A stretch of DNA of 64,000 nucleotides, from NCBI GenBank assembly GCA_964651435.1, contig CAZYVU010000010.1, positions 11,392 through 75,391 of the forward strand, written 5' to 3'. The notes under the pieces were generated by a model, which saw nothing but the letters and a program-made list of their open reading frames with translations, did no database searches and was not told where the DNA came from. This DNA comes from an uncultured Pseudomonadota bacterium. Lineage in GTDB: Bacteria > Desulfobacterota > Syntrophorhabdia > Syntrophorhabdales > CAYQXL01. Below are positions 18,571 through 26,601 of this stretch, in pieces. The position numbers and the translations under genes were made by a program. Position 1 is the first letter of the stretch; each line of letters begins with the position of its first letter.

Positions 18571-19527
18571 CTACGGCGAATCCTTTACGAGGGGGTGATA
18601 GTCGCCTTTGAGCCCCACGGGTACGGCATGGCGGATTGCATAGACGATGTCGATCGACGGCCTCACGTCGTCGAGGCCGAAGCCGCTGCCCGAGAGGATC
18701 TCCTCGTAGCTGGCGGTGTGCAGGTCGAACATGCCCTCGGAAAAATCTATTCTGGTATCGTCAACGACCATGTATCGCAGCGATTTGGGGAGCGGGCAAT
18801 CCGGGGTTTGGGGAAGGTCCCGCCCGTCGATGGAGAGAAACCATCGCACCCGGGCCCTTTTGAACTCCAGGTATCCGGCGGCGCGGGACGGCTCCGACAG
18901 GTGAACCTTCAGGTCTTCGAAGGGTCCGAAAATCCACTGAAGCGCATCGAAAAAGTGGATACCGATGTTGGTGGGCAGGCCGCCCGACTTGGGCGTCTCG
19001 CCCTTCCACGAGTAGAGGTACCAGCGCCCTCTCGGCGTAATGTAGGTCAGGTCGATGTCGGCCTTGCGATCGCTGGGCCGCCTAAGCACCTCGCTCTTCA
19101 GGGCAACGACGGACGGGTGGAGGCGAAGCTGCAGAATGGCGTTCACACGCCGGCCCGTTTCCGCCTCCAATTCCTTGAGGGCATCGACATTCCAGGGGTT
19201 GAGCACAAGCGGCTTTTCGCAGACGGCATCGGCTCCCACCCTCAGGGCGAAGCGAATATGGGCATCGTGAAGGTAGTTGGGAGACGTGATGCTGACGTAG
19301 TGAATCCGGCGGTCCTCTCCCATTCTCTTCAGCTTCTCGACGTGCCTGTCGAACCGTTCGAATTCAACGAAAAAAGAGGCATCGGGAAAGTAGCTGTCCA
19401 TGACGCCCACGGCATCGTGCGGGTCCATGGCCGCAACGAGCCTGTTGCCCGTCTCCTTGATCGCTTTCATGTGCCTGGGTGCGATGTATCCTGCCGCTCC
19501 AAGAAGTGCAAAGTTTTTCATTGTCAT
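18571..19527 (-). CDS. wbpB: Gfo/Idh/MocA oxidoreductase, WbpB-like (UDP-GlcNAcA 3-dehydrogenase type)
   Basis: MKNFALLGAAGYIAPRHMKAIKETGN, SPNYLH, CEKPLV, ILQLR, DLTYIT.RG.WY..SWKG, TNIGIHFFD, AGYLEF..ARVRWFLS and SYEEIL track WbpB almost motif for motif. Confidence 0.9.
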   Translation of the reverse strand: MTMKNFALLGAAGYIAPRHMKAIKETGNRLVAAMDPHDAVGVMDSYFPDASFFVEFERFDRHVEKLKRMGEDRRIHYVSITSPNYLHDAHIRFALRVGADAVCEKPLVLNPWNVDALKELEAETGRRVNAILQLRLHPSVVALKSEVLRRPSDRKADIDLTYITPRGRWYLYSWKGETPKSGGLPTNIGIHFFDALQWIFGPFEDLKVHLSEPSRAAGYLEFKRARVRWFLSIDGRDLPQTPDCPLPKSLRYMVVDDTRIDFSEGMFDLHTASYEEILSGSGFGLDDVRPSIDIVYAIRHAVPVGLKGDYHPLVKDSP

Positions 19528-21824
19528 CTTCTCCGGCTCATGCTCCGCAACTGCTCCATGCCCTGGAGTGCGTACTGGTCTTCGGGGGCGTAAACGAGTA
19601 TACGCTCGAAGGCGCTGCGCGCCTTGGCAATGTCGCCGAGAGAACCGTAAGCACCGCCCACGATGAGGAGTGCTATTGCGTTATTGGGATCTTCCTTGAG
19701 CACATCCTCGGCCTCCTTTAAAGCCTCGGCGAAACGCCCCTGCTGGCTCAGGATGAGCGCCAGTGTGAGCTTGGCCGTCTCCCACTCTTCTTCTCGGTCT
19801 CCACGGGCCTCCAGGGCATGGACGCGGGCGCGATAGGTCCGCTCGGAAGCGGCAAACCCGCCCGCCGCTTCGAGAATCTCCGCCTCCAAAAGATAATGCG
19901 AGAAGTCGCCCGGCCGCATCTCCTTGGCCCGGCGGGCGGAGGAGAGCGCTTGGTCAAGCTTGTTCTGCTGCTTGTAATAAACGGCCAGCACCATGTGGAC
20001 CGTGTCGTTGTTCGGATCCATCGCCAGGACTTGCCGAACGGCCTCTTCGGCATCGGCGTCCGGTTCGGAGGCCCTTCCGTGGGCGAGCTCGGCAGATTCC
20101 AGGTTTATCTGATGGAGCAGCACGTAGGCGTCAAAGGGGTTTGCCCGTTCGGCCTCGTCGAGCACCGTTGCGGCCGCCTCGTGGGCCTTGAGGTCGCCCG
20201 TCTCGGCAAACCGGGCCGAATAGATCTGCCCGGCCACGTCGTAATAGTGGTAATCGCTGCCGGCCAGCTCGAGGCCGGACTGTATGTTCGACTCGATCCG
20301 GGGCCACTGCCTCTTCACGTCCATGGACAGGCTCTGCCAGAATAGGCGGTCGACGACCATCGTTCGCGCCGTGTCTGCACATAAGAGGACCAGAAATATG
20401 ATGGTGATGGACGCCCCGGCGAGGGCAGCACGCCTTGTCGACGGATGGGGCTGAGCGGCAGGCTTGGGGACCTCAAAAGGTACCGCTGCGGCGACGGCAA
20501 GGCCGAGAATGGCCCAGAAATATGCCGCATGGGAGATCTCCGGCCATCCCGTGAGGTCCTCTGCCAGGTAGCTCACAATGGCGGCCAGAAAGGCGGCCTT
20601 TAGGAGAGGAGGCGCGCCTGCGTTGTTAGGAGAGGGCCTGCGGAGGAGCAGAGAGAGCACGGCAGCGATGAGCAATAGGTAAAGGAGGAGGCCGGGGATA
20701 CCGCTTTCGACGGCCACCTGGAGATACATGTTATGCACTTTCGTGGGGGTCATATCCTTGGTCTGAGCCAGTCGGCCCTCGGCCTCAAGACGATACCGCG
20801 GGTAGGTGAGCCGGAAACCGTCGAATCCCACACCAAACCAGGGATAGTCCCTTATGCTCAGCGCTGCGCCCCTGTACCAGTAGCCCCTGTCTGTCGTGGC
20901 CAGCTCGTCCTTCAGGGAAATGATGGCCCGGAAGCGCTCGCCGACCTGGACGACGCTTCTCCAGTTGGTCGCCAGGATGACCGACAGCCCCAGGAGGAAC
21001 AGTGCGGCGACGATGAGCGCCTTTTTGCGATCCATACCTTTTTGGAGCAGCAACGCGCCGACCATGATCACGGCCGACAAGAGGCTGCCGACGAGCGGCG
21101 CCCTGCTCAGGGTCGCCACAACGGCCGAAAGCAGAATGAATGCCGCAACCGCCCACAGAATGCGCTCAAAGGGCCTGGCGGCGGAGATGGCAAAGAACAG
21201 CGCAAAGGGAAAGCACAGGGAGAGCAACGTCGCCGTTACCGTCGGATTGCCGATCGTCGACCCTCCGTTCCTGACAACACCCCTCCACGCCATGAAATCC
21301 ATGCCGTAGCACTGGGCGATGGCATAGAGGGCTACCGGAATAAAGGTGCAGACCAGGATCCCCAGAATCCTCTTCAGCTTTCCCTCGTCGATGGGGAGGG
21401 TCGAGCAGGTCACAAAGAGGATGAGATAGTTTATGTGCGTCCAAAGGCCCTTGTACCCGTCGTGCACGCCGGAGAGCGCCGTGGGCTTGTGGAGGGCAAA
21501 AAAGGTGCTGAACACCCACCAGGCAAAGAGGGCGAACAGCGGGTAGGAGACAACCCTCGGCGGAAACCGGAGCCGGCCCTGCCTCAGCCGGTAGACCCAC
21601 AGAATGACCAGAAGGAGCGTCGATATCCTGAGCGCGAAGAGCTTCGCGAGGATGAACTGTGACGCCAAGCCGGTGGAAAAGACGAAGGCGACGGATAGGA
21701 AGAGAATGGCAAGGGCTGCCTCTTCGAGGCCGAAGCCGGTGCCTGTCCGGGCGATAGCGGTACGGCCGGGAGTCGTCGCGGCACGGCCGGGGGCTCGAGC
21801 TGCCGGGGCTGATTTCTTACTCAT
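19524..21824 (-). CDS. O-antigen ligase/polymerase-like (Wzy_C) membrane domain fused to C-terminal TPR repeats
   Basis: About 12 hydrophobic helices over the first ~480 aa with the TLSRAPLVGSLL loop, then ~280 aa of TPR-like helical repeats (AVYYKQQNKLDQALSSARRAKEMRP ..). Confidence 0.8.
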   Translation of the reverse strand: MSKKSAPAARAPGRAATTPGRTAIARTGTGFGLEEAALAILFLSVAFVFSTGLASQFILAKLFALRISTLLLVILWVYRLRQGRLRFPPRVVSYPLFALFAWWVFSTFFALHKPTALSGVHDGYKGLWTHINYLILFVTCSTLPIDEGKLKRILGILVCTFIPVALYAIAQCYGMDFMAWRGVVRNGGSTIGNPTVTATLLSLCFPFALFFAISAARPFERILWAVAAFILLSAVVATLSRAPLVGSLLSAVIMVGALLLQKGMDRKKALIVAALFLLGLSVILATNWRSVVQVGERFRAIISLKDELATTDRGYWYRGAALSIRDYPWFGVGFDGFRLTYPRYRLEAEGRLAQTKDMTPTKVHNMYLQVAVESGIPGLLLYLLLIAAVLSLLLRRPSPNNAGAPPLLKAAFLAAIVSYLAEDLTGWPEISHAAYFWAILGLAVAAAVPFEVPKPAAQPHPSTRRAALAGASITIIFLVLLCADTARTMVVDRLFWQSLSMDVKRQWPRIESNIQSGLELAGSDYHYYDVAGQIYSARFAETGDLKAHEAAATVLDEAERANPFDAYVLLHQINLESAELAHGRASEPDADAEEAVRQVLAMDPNNDTVHMVLAVYYKQQNKLDQALSSARRAKEMRPGDFSHYLLEAEILEAAGGFAASERTYRARVHALEARGDREEEWETAKLTLALILSQQGRFAEALKEAEDVLKEDPNNAIALLIVGGAYGSLGDIAKARSAFERILVYAPEDQYALQGMEQLRSMSRRR

Positions 21825-22124
21825 AGGTTTGAAATAATGTTACGGCAATTAGGTCTTGACAGTGCTTGTTCGAGCAGGCTACCGCCCTCGATGTCTTAAA
21901 ACACCCGGTATTGAACACGACTTCACAACAGCAAAAAAGGCCTGCGTCATACCCCAAGGGAGTATCGCATCAGCCCCTCATTCCTTCCTGCCCAAAAGGC
22001 CAACGATATCCCTCCGGAACAGGTCCCAGCATGCCAATGTATTATTCGTTGTTATATCCCACATGGTTAGTTGCCGTCAAGCTTGAGACCCCTTGATAGA
22101 CAACGGAAAAGGGGGCATGGGGCG

Positions 22125-23072
22125 CTATTTTGCCAACGGCCGGCCCGAGGGCTGCGAACCGTCCGACACGATCTTTCGGGGGGTGGCCCCGGGAAAGAGG
22201 TCGAGGTACCAGAGATCGGATGTGGCCCTCGAATCGGCACCAGGCCTTTCGAAAATGATGGCCCTGCCGTGGCTCACGAAGGTGGGGTTCGACCCCTCGG
22301 TGATTCTGCGCTTTGTGCCCTTCTGAACGTTGACCAGATAGATTGTGCCCCGGGAGGATTCATAGTTGCCCGGACCGTAGCAGAGGATTGCGCTCCCATC
22401 CCGATCAAAACGAGGGCGCCAATAGGGGGTGCTATCGGTGCCTTGGGGGAAATGAAAAACAGGCTTTCCGCCCGACTCTATGACCTCCAACCCTCCGGAC
22501 AGGTCATTCGTGTGCTCGCTGTATGCCACCTGCCTGCCGTCAGGCGAAAAGGAAGGCCAGGCATATACGCGGCCCGTGTCTATCAACACGTCGGAGCTGC
22601 CCGCAAAAACGGACGATGTGAGGCTCAGCAAATCGATGACGATAAGGGCCACATTGGCAAATGAAATGGAGTCGTCGCCGATCCAATATGTTTTCATGTT
22701 GGAAACGCCCGCAAAGATGAGACTCGTACCGTCGGGTGAAAAGGCGGGGTGGGCCCCTCCCCGTATGCCGCGCAGCGAAAATCGCTTGGCGGGGCCGCCT
22801 CTTGCGGGAACGAGATAGATGCTTCCGAGATCCGGCGATTCGTCGGTGCCGGTAATATAGGCCACCCACTTTCCGTCGGGCGAAATGGCGGGGTGGGTAT
22901 CCTGCCCCGAAAAGGTCAATTGCTTCTCCCAGCTCCCCTTCGCATTGGCGACCCATATGTTGCCCCGGCGGACAAAAGCGATAGCAGCCTCTTCGGCCGC
23001 CGCGGGGATGGTCAAAAGGAGGGACGCGAAAATAACAAAGAATACCAACAAGCGGACTGGGGCACGACTCAT
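22125..23072 (-). CDS. Periplasmic PD40/TolB-like beta-propeller protein
   Basis: Signal peptide MSRAPVRLLVFFVIFASLLLTIPAAA. Repeated P.xSPDG motifs (HPAISPDGKWVAY, HPAFSPDGTSLIF, WPSFSPDGRQVAY). I use the ATG at 23072. Confidence 0.85.
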   Translation of the reverse strand: MSRAPVRLLVFFVIFASLLLTIPAAAEEAAIAFVRRGNIWVANAKGSWEKQLTFSGQDTHPAISPDGKWVAYITGTDESPDLGSIYLVPARGGPAKRFSLRGIRGGAHPAFSPDGTSLIFAGVSNMKTYWIGDDSISFANVALIVIDLLSLTSSVFAGSSDVLIDTGRVYAWPSFSPDGRQVAYSEHTNDLSGGLEVIESGGKPVFHFPQGTDSTPYWRPRFDRDGSAILCYGPGNYESSRGTIYLVNVQKGTKRRITEGSNPTFVSHGRAIIFERPGADSRATSDLWYLDLFPGATPRKIVSDGSQPSGRPLAK

Positions 23073-23151
23073 AGGTACCTCATTATACCACGGAGCGGAC
23101 CGGGAAAGTCCATGCATACCTCGCCTATCTCCGGAGCTGTCCCTATATTCT

Positions 23152-23180
23152 TTGACAATCGGTTTTGCACCTGGTACCAT
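23152..23180 (+). promoter_or_regulatory. Putative sigma70-type promoter (TTGACA-N17-TACCAT) ending 6 nt before the ATG
   Basis: TTGACA at 23152-23157 and TACCAT at 23175-23180 with a 17-nt spacer. The ATG of the TPR lipoprotein is at 23187. Confidence 0.4.
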
Positions 23181-23186
23181 GCTTGT

Positions 23187-23702
23187 ATGTTACGGGTTAC
23201 AGCGCTTATGGCGGTTCTGGTGGGGACCCTTTTCCTCCCCGGTTGCTTCAACTACGTCTACGACATGAACCGGGAGGCCGACGAGGCCATCACCGCCGGC
23301 AATTACGGCCAAGCCCTCGGGGCCTACGACCGGGCCATCAACCTAAACCCCAGGGATGCCGAAGCCTATATGGGGCGAGGCTACGTGCACCAGCGTCTGG
23401 GCAACTATCATGGGGCGATTGCGGACTTCTCGCGCGCTATCGAACTCATGCCGAACAACGCCACGCCCTTCTTCCTGCGGGGTATGGCCTACAGCATGAG
23501 CGGCGACAACGAGCGGGCCGTGAAGGATTACTGGCAGTCCATAGCCCGCGACCCCGGCAACAGCGACGTCTACTTCAACCTTGCCGAGTCTTACAATGCC
23601 CTCGGCGACAGGGGTAAAGCGCTTGAAAACTATCGCAAAGCGGCCAAGCTCGGCAACGCCGACGCCCAAAACGCATTGAAGCAGCAAGGGTTCGGCTGGT
23701 AA
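23187..23702 (+). CDS. TPR-repeat lipoprotein
   Basis: Lipobox LFLPGC after a hydrophobic N-terminus. Four TPR units (AYDRAINLNPRDAEAYMGRGYV .. ). The ORF-track start at 22749 lies antisense to the neighbouring gene. Confidence 0.8.
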   Translation: MLRVTALMAVLVGTLFLPGCFNYVYDMNREADEAITAGNYGQALGAYDRAINLNPRDAEAYMGRGYVHQRLGNYHGAIADFSRAIELMPNNATPFFLRGMAYSMSGDNERAVKDYWQSIARDPGNSDVYFNLAESYNALGDRGKALENYRKAAKLGNADAQNALKQQGFGW

Positions 23703-23746
23703 GATACCCGTCGTTCCAGGTGCAACCCGGGCAAACTCCCAGCAAA

Positions 23747-23771
23747 TTGACAATTGAAGATGTGACCCCGG
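23747..23771. repeat. Core repeat copy flush against the stop codon of the Moco subunit gene
   Basis: 23747-23771 = TTGACAATTGAAGATGTGACCCCGG, followed immediately by TTA (the stop of the minus-strand gene). Confidence 0.95.
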
Positions 23772-26111
23772 TTAGCGGCGGAGGGCGGTAAAGAGACGCT
23801 CCGCCGTGACGGGCAGCTCGTCGATGCGCACGCCGACGGCATCGTAAATCGCATTCAGTATTGCCGGAATGGTGGGCATGATGGCCCCTTCGCCCACCTC
23901 TTTGGCCCCGAAGGGGCCGTTGGGCTCGTCGCTCTCGATGATGATCGTCTTCACGTTGGGCATGTCGAGAGACGTCGGTATGCGATACTCGCCGAAGGTG
24001 GGGTTGGCCACCCTCCCCGCTGCATCGAACTTCACCTCTTCAAAGAGGGCCTCACCGAGGCCCATGGACAGGGACCCCTGCATCTGCCCCTCCACGTTCG
24101 TCTTGTTGATGGCAAAACCGCAGTCGTGGGCGTCCGTCATGGCATCGACCGTCACCTTTCCCGTGGCCGTATCGACGGTCACCTCTACCACCTGTGCCGA
24201 ACACCCGTATGCGGGCGATGTTCCCACTGCCGCTCCCTTGTACTTGCCGCCAAGCTCGCCGGGCTTGTAGGCGCCTGTGGCGGCGATTGTCCCGCGGGCG
24301 AGAAAGGCGACCCGTGCCGCCTCGGAAAAGGTGAGCACCTCTTCGCCTGGAGGCAAGGTCCAGCCTCGGTGCTCCTGCGCGTACCGTTTTCTCAGCGGCG
24401 TAAAATCGACGCCCGGCTCACGGAACAGGATGAGGCCGTCCTTAATGTCCATCTGGTCCACGGGGACCTTGAGGCTCTCCGAGAGCGCCTCAAGGATCCG
24501 GCCCTTCACCGATTCGGCGGCCTGCTTGACGGCATGTCCCGTCATCAGGGTCTGGCGGGACGAATATGCGCCAAGGTCGACGCCGAAATCGGTGTCTCCC
24601 GAATGGACGCGCACATCCTCGTAACGAACGCCGAGTGCCTCTGCTGCGATCATGGCGAGGGTCGTATCGGACCCTTGTCCTATTTCCGCCGAGGCCGTAT
24701 AAAGGTTGACGGTGCCGCCGTCTTCCGAGACCTTGATCATGCACGTGGAATGGAAGGTGTCGGACCGGTAGATGGGGTAACCGGCGCCCGAAACGAAGAA
24801 GCCGCACGCCATGCCGATGCCTTTCCCCGGCGGCAGCTTGCCCTTCTTGGCCTTCCAGTCCGACCCGTCCCTAACGGCTTCGATGCACTCGCGCATGCCG
24901 AGGCTGCTCATGTTGAAGTCGTTGCACGTAACGTCTCCCCTCTCGATGATGTTTTTCAGACGAAATTCTATAGGATCTATGCCCAAGTCGTTCGCTATGG
25001 TGTCGAGCTGCTGCTCCCATGCCGCCCTGGCCGCCACGCCGCCGTGGCCCCGCTGGGCTCCGCAGGCAGGCTTGTTCGTGTAGATGCGGAATCCGTCGTA
25101 CTTCATGTTGGGCAGCTTGTACGGTGCCCCCAGCAAGGAGCCTGCATAGTAGATCGTGGCGATGCCGAAGCTCGAATAGGCGCCGCCCTCGAGATAGCAG
25201 GTATTGTGTAGGGCCACGAGCGTCCCGTCCTTTTTGACGCCCGTCGTCAGCTCATGGACAAACTGGTGGCGGGACCTGGAATGGAGGAAGACCTGTTCCC
25301 TGGTGAAGCACATCTTGACGGGCCGCCCCGTTCGCATGGACAGCAGGCAGGCGCCGAGCTCCATTGTGTTGGCCGCAGCCTTGGGTCCGAACCCGCCGCC
25401 GACATAGGGCTTCACCACCCGCACCTTGCCGACGGGCAGCCCGAGAACCATGGCGATCGTTCTTTGCACATAGTGAGGCGTCTGGGTCGATGAGTGGAGG
25501 GTCAGGTTCCCGTTAAGGTCGTAAACGGCGACACATGCCTGTGGCTCAAGGAAGGCGGCATCCTGCCTCTTGTTGGTGAAACGGTCCGTCCGGATATAGT
25601 CACACTCTTTGAACGCCTCGTCGACGTCGCCGAAATGTTGGTGCACTTCGGCGCAGATGTTGCCGGGAAAATCGTCATGGACCAAAGGGGCGCCCTCGGC
25701 CATGGCCTCGGAAACGGTAAAAAGCGGTGGCAGCTCCTCATACTCGACGTCGATAAGGGATATGGCCTCCAGGGCCGTCTCCATGTCGACGGCGGCCACG
25801 GCGGCGATCTCGTCACCCACGTACCGCACCTTGTCGATGCAGAAGACCGTTTCGTCATACCGGGCGGGGCTGACGCCGAACCGGACCGGCCCCGCCTCTT
25901 TCGCCGTAACCACATCCTTGACTCCCGGCAGCCTGCGGGCCCTGGATGTATCAATCTTCAGGATCCGTGCATGGGCTATTGGGCTCTGCAGGAGGGCGCC
26001 GAAAAGCATGTTCGGCATGGAGAGGTCCGCGGCATAGCGCGCGTCACCCGTTACCTTCGACCTGGCATCCACCCTCGGAAGCCGCTTATTGATAACACGG
26101 TAGTCGTTCAT
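23772..26111 (-). CDS. Xanthine dehydrogenase/aldehyde oxidoreductase family, molybdopterin-binding large subunit
   Basis: RVDARSKVTGDARYAADL, PQACVAVYD, VGGGFGPK, CGAQRGHGG, SAEIGQGSDT and GAKEVGEGAI are canonical for this family. Start MNDYRV at 26111 with GGAGG upstream. Confidence 0.9.
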   Translation of the reverse strand: MNDYRVINKRLPRVDARSKVTGDARYAADLSMPNMLFGALLQSPIAHARILKIDTSRARRLPGVKDVVTAKEAGPVRFGVSPARYDETVFCIDKVRYVGDEIAAVAAVDMETALEAISLIDVEYEELPPLFTVSEAMAEGAPLVHDDFPGNICAEVHQHFGDVDEAFKECDYIRTDRFTNKRQDAAFLEPQACVAVYDLNGNLTLHSSTQTPHYVQRTIAMVLGLPVGKVRVVKPYVGGGFGPKAAANTMELGACLLSMRTGRPVKMCFTREQVFLHSRSRHQFVHELTTGVKKDGTLVALHNTCYLEGGAYSSFGIATIYYAGSLLGAPYKLPNMKYDGFRIYTNKPACGAQRGHGGVAARAAWEQQLDTIANDLGIDPIEFRLKNIIERGDVTCNDFNMSSLGMRECIEAVRDGSDWKAKKGKLPPGKGIGMACGFFVSGAGYPIYRSDTFHSTCMIKVSEDGGTVNLYTASAEIGQGSDTTLAMIAAEALGVRYEDVRVHSGDTDFGVDLGAYSSRQTLMTGHAVKQAAESVKGRILEALSESLKVPVDQMDIKDGLILFREPGVDFTPLRKRYAQEHRGWTLPPGEEVLTFSEAARVAFLARGTIAATGAYKPGELGGKYKGAAVGTSPAYGCSAQVVEVTVDTATGKVTVDAMTDAHDCGFAINKTNVEGQMQGSLSMGLGEALFEEVKFDAAGRVANPTFGEYRIPTSLDMPNVKTIIIESDEPNGPFGAKEVGEGAIMPTIPAILNAIYDAVGVRIDELPVTAERLFTALRR

Positions 26112-26124
26112 CGTCGCCCCCTCC

Positions 26125-26601
26125 TCACGTACTCTTCTTCGCAGACCGGGAGGCTGACTGAAGGGCCTCGACGATCTTCTGGTAACCCGTGCAGCGGCAA
26201 AGGTTTCCCGAAATGGCCTCCCGAATCTCCGCCTCCGACGGCTCGGAATTTTTGTCCAGAAGACTCTTGCCCACCAGCACCATGCCGGGCGTGCAGAAGC
26301 CGCATTGCACGGCACCGTTCTCGATGAAGGCCTCCTGGACAGGGTGCAGGGTGGGCCCGTCGGCTATCCCTTCTATTGTGGTTACCGTCCGTCCATCGCA
26401 CTGCACCGCCAAAACGAGGCAGGAATTGACGGGGTTGCCGTCGAGGAGAACAGTGCAGGTACCGCAGTCACCGACACCGCAACCCTCCTTTGTACCCAGC
26501 AGGCCCAGGTCTTCCCGAAGAAACTGCGTCAGGGTCCGGTTGGGGATAACGGCCGCTTCATAGTCCCTTTCGTTTACGGTGATCCGGATAAGCCGCTTCA
26601 T
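26125..26601 (-). CDS. Xanthine dehydrogenase family [2Fe-2S] small subunit
   Basis: GCGVGDCGTCTV, NSCL, QCGFCTPG and NLCRCTGY are the two 2Fe-2S cluster motifs. ATGA overlap with the FAD subunit stop. Confidence 0.92.
   Translation of the reverse strand: MKRLIRITVNERDYEAAVIPNRTLTQFLREDLGLLGTKEGCGVGDCGTCTVLLDGNPVNSCLVLAVQCDGRTVTTIEGIADGPTLHPVQEAFIENGAVQCGFCTPGMVLVGKSLLDKNSEPSEAEIREAISGNLCRCTGYQKIVEALQSASRSAKKST

Noticed and set aside
18559-19593. 344-aa plus-strand ORF
   Set aside because: It is antisense to the WbpB homologue.
2157-23752. The TTGACA at the start of the core as a -35 promoter box
   Set aside because: In no copy is there an acceptable -10 hexamer 16-19 nt downstream (that position is always GC-rich CCCCGG). 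Five of eight copies point away from any downstream gene.
231-23774. The idea that the 25-nt repeats are integron attC sites. Two copies end in GTTAGGC/GTTAGCG, resembling the GTTRRRY core.
   Set aside because: Only two of eight copies have it, and there the GTTA is simply the stop codon of the flanking gene. There is no RYYYAAC partner or attC-type imperfect palindrome, no intI, and the intervening units are multi-gene and translationally coupled rather than cassettes.
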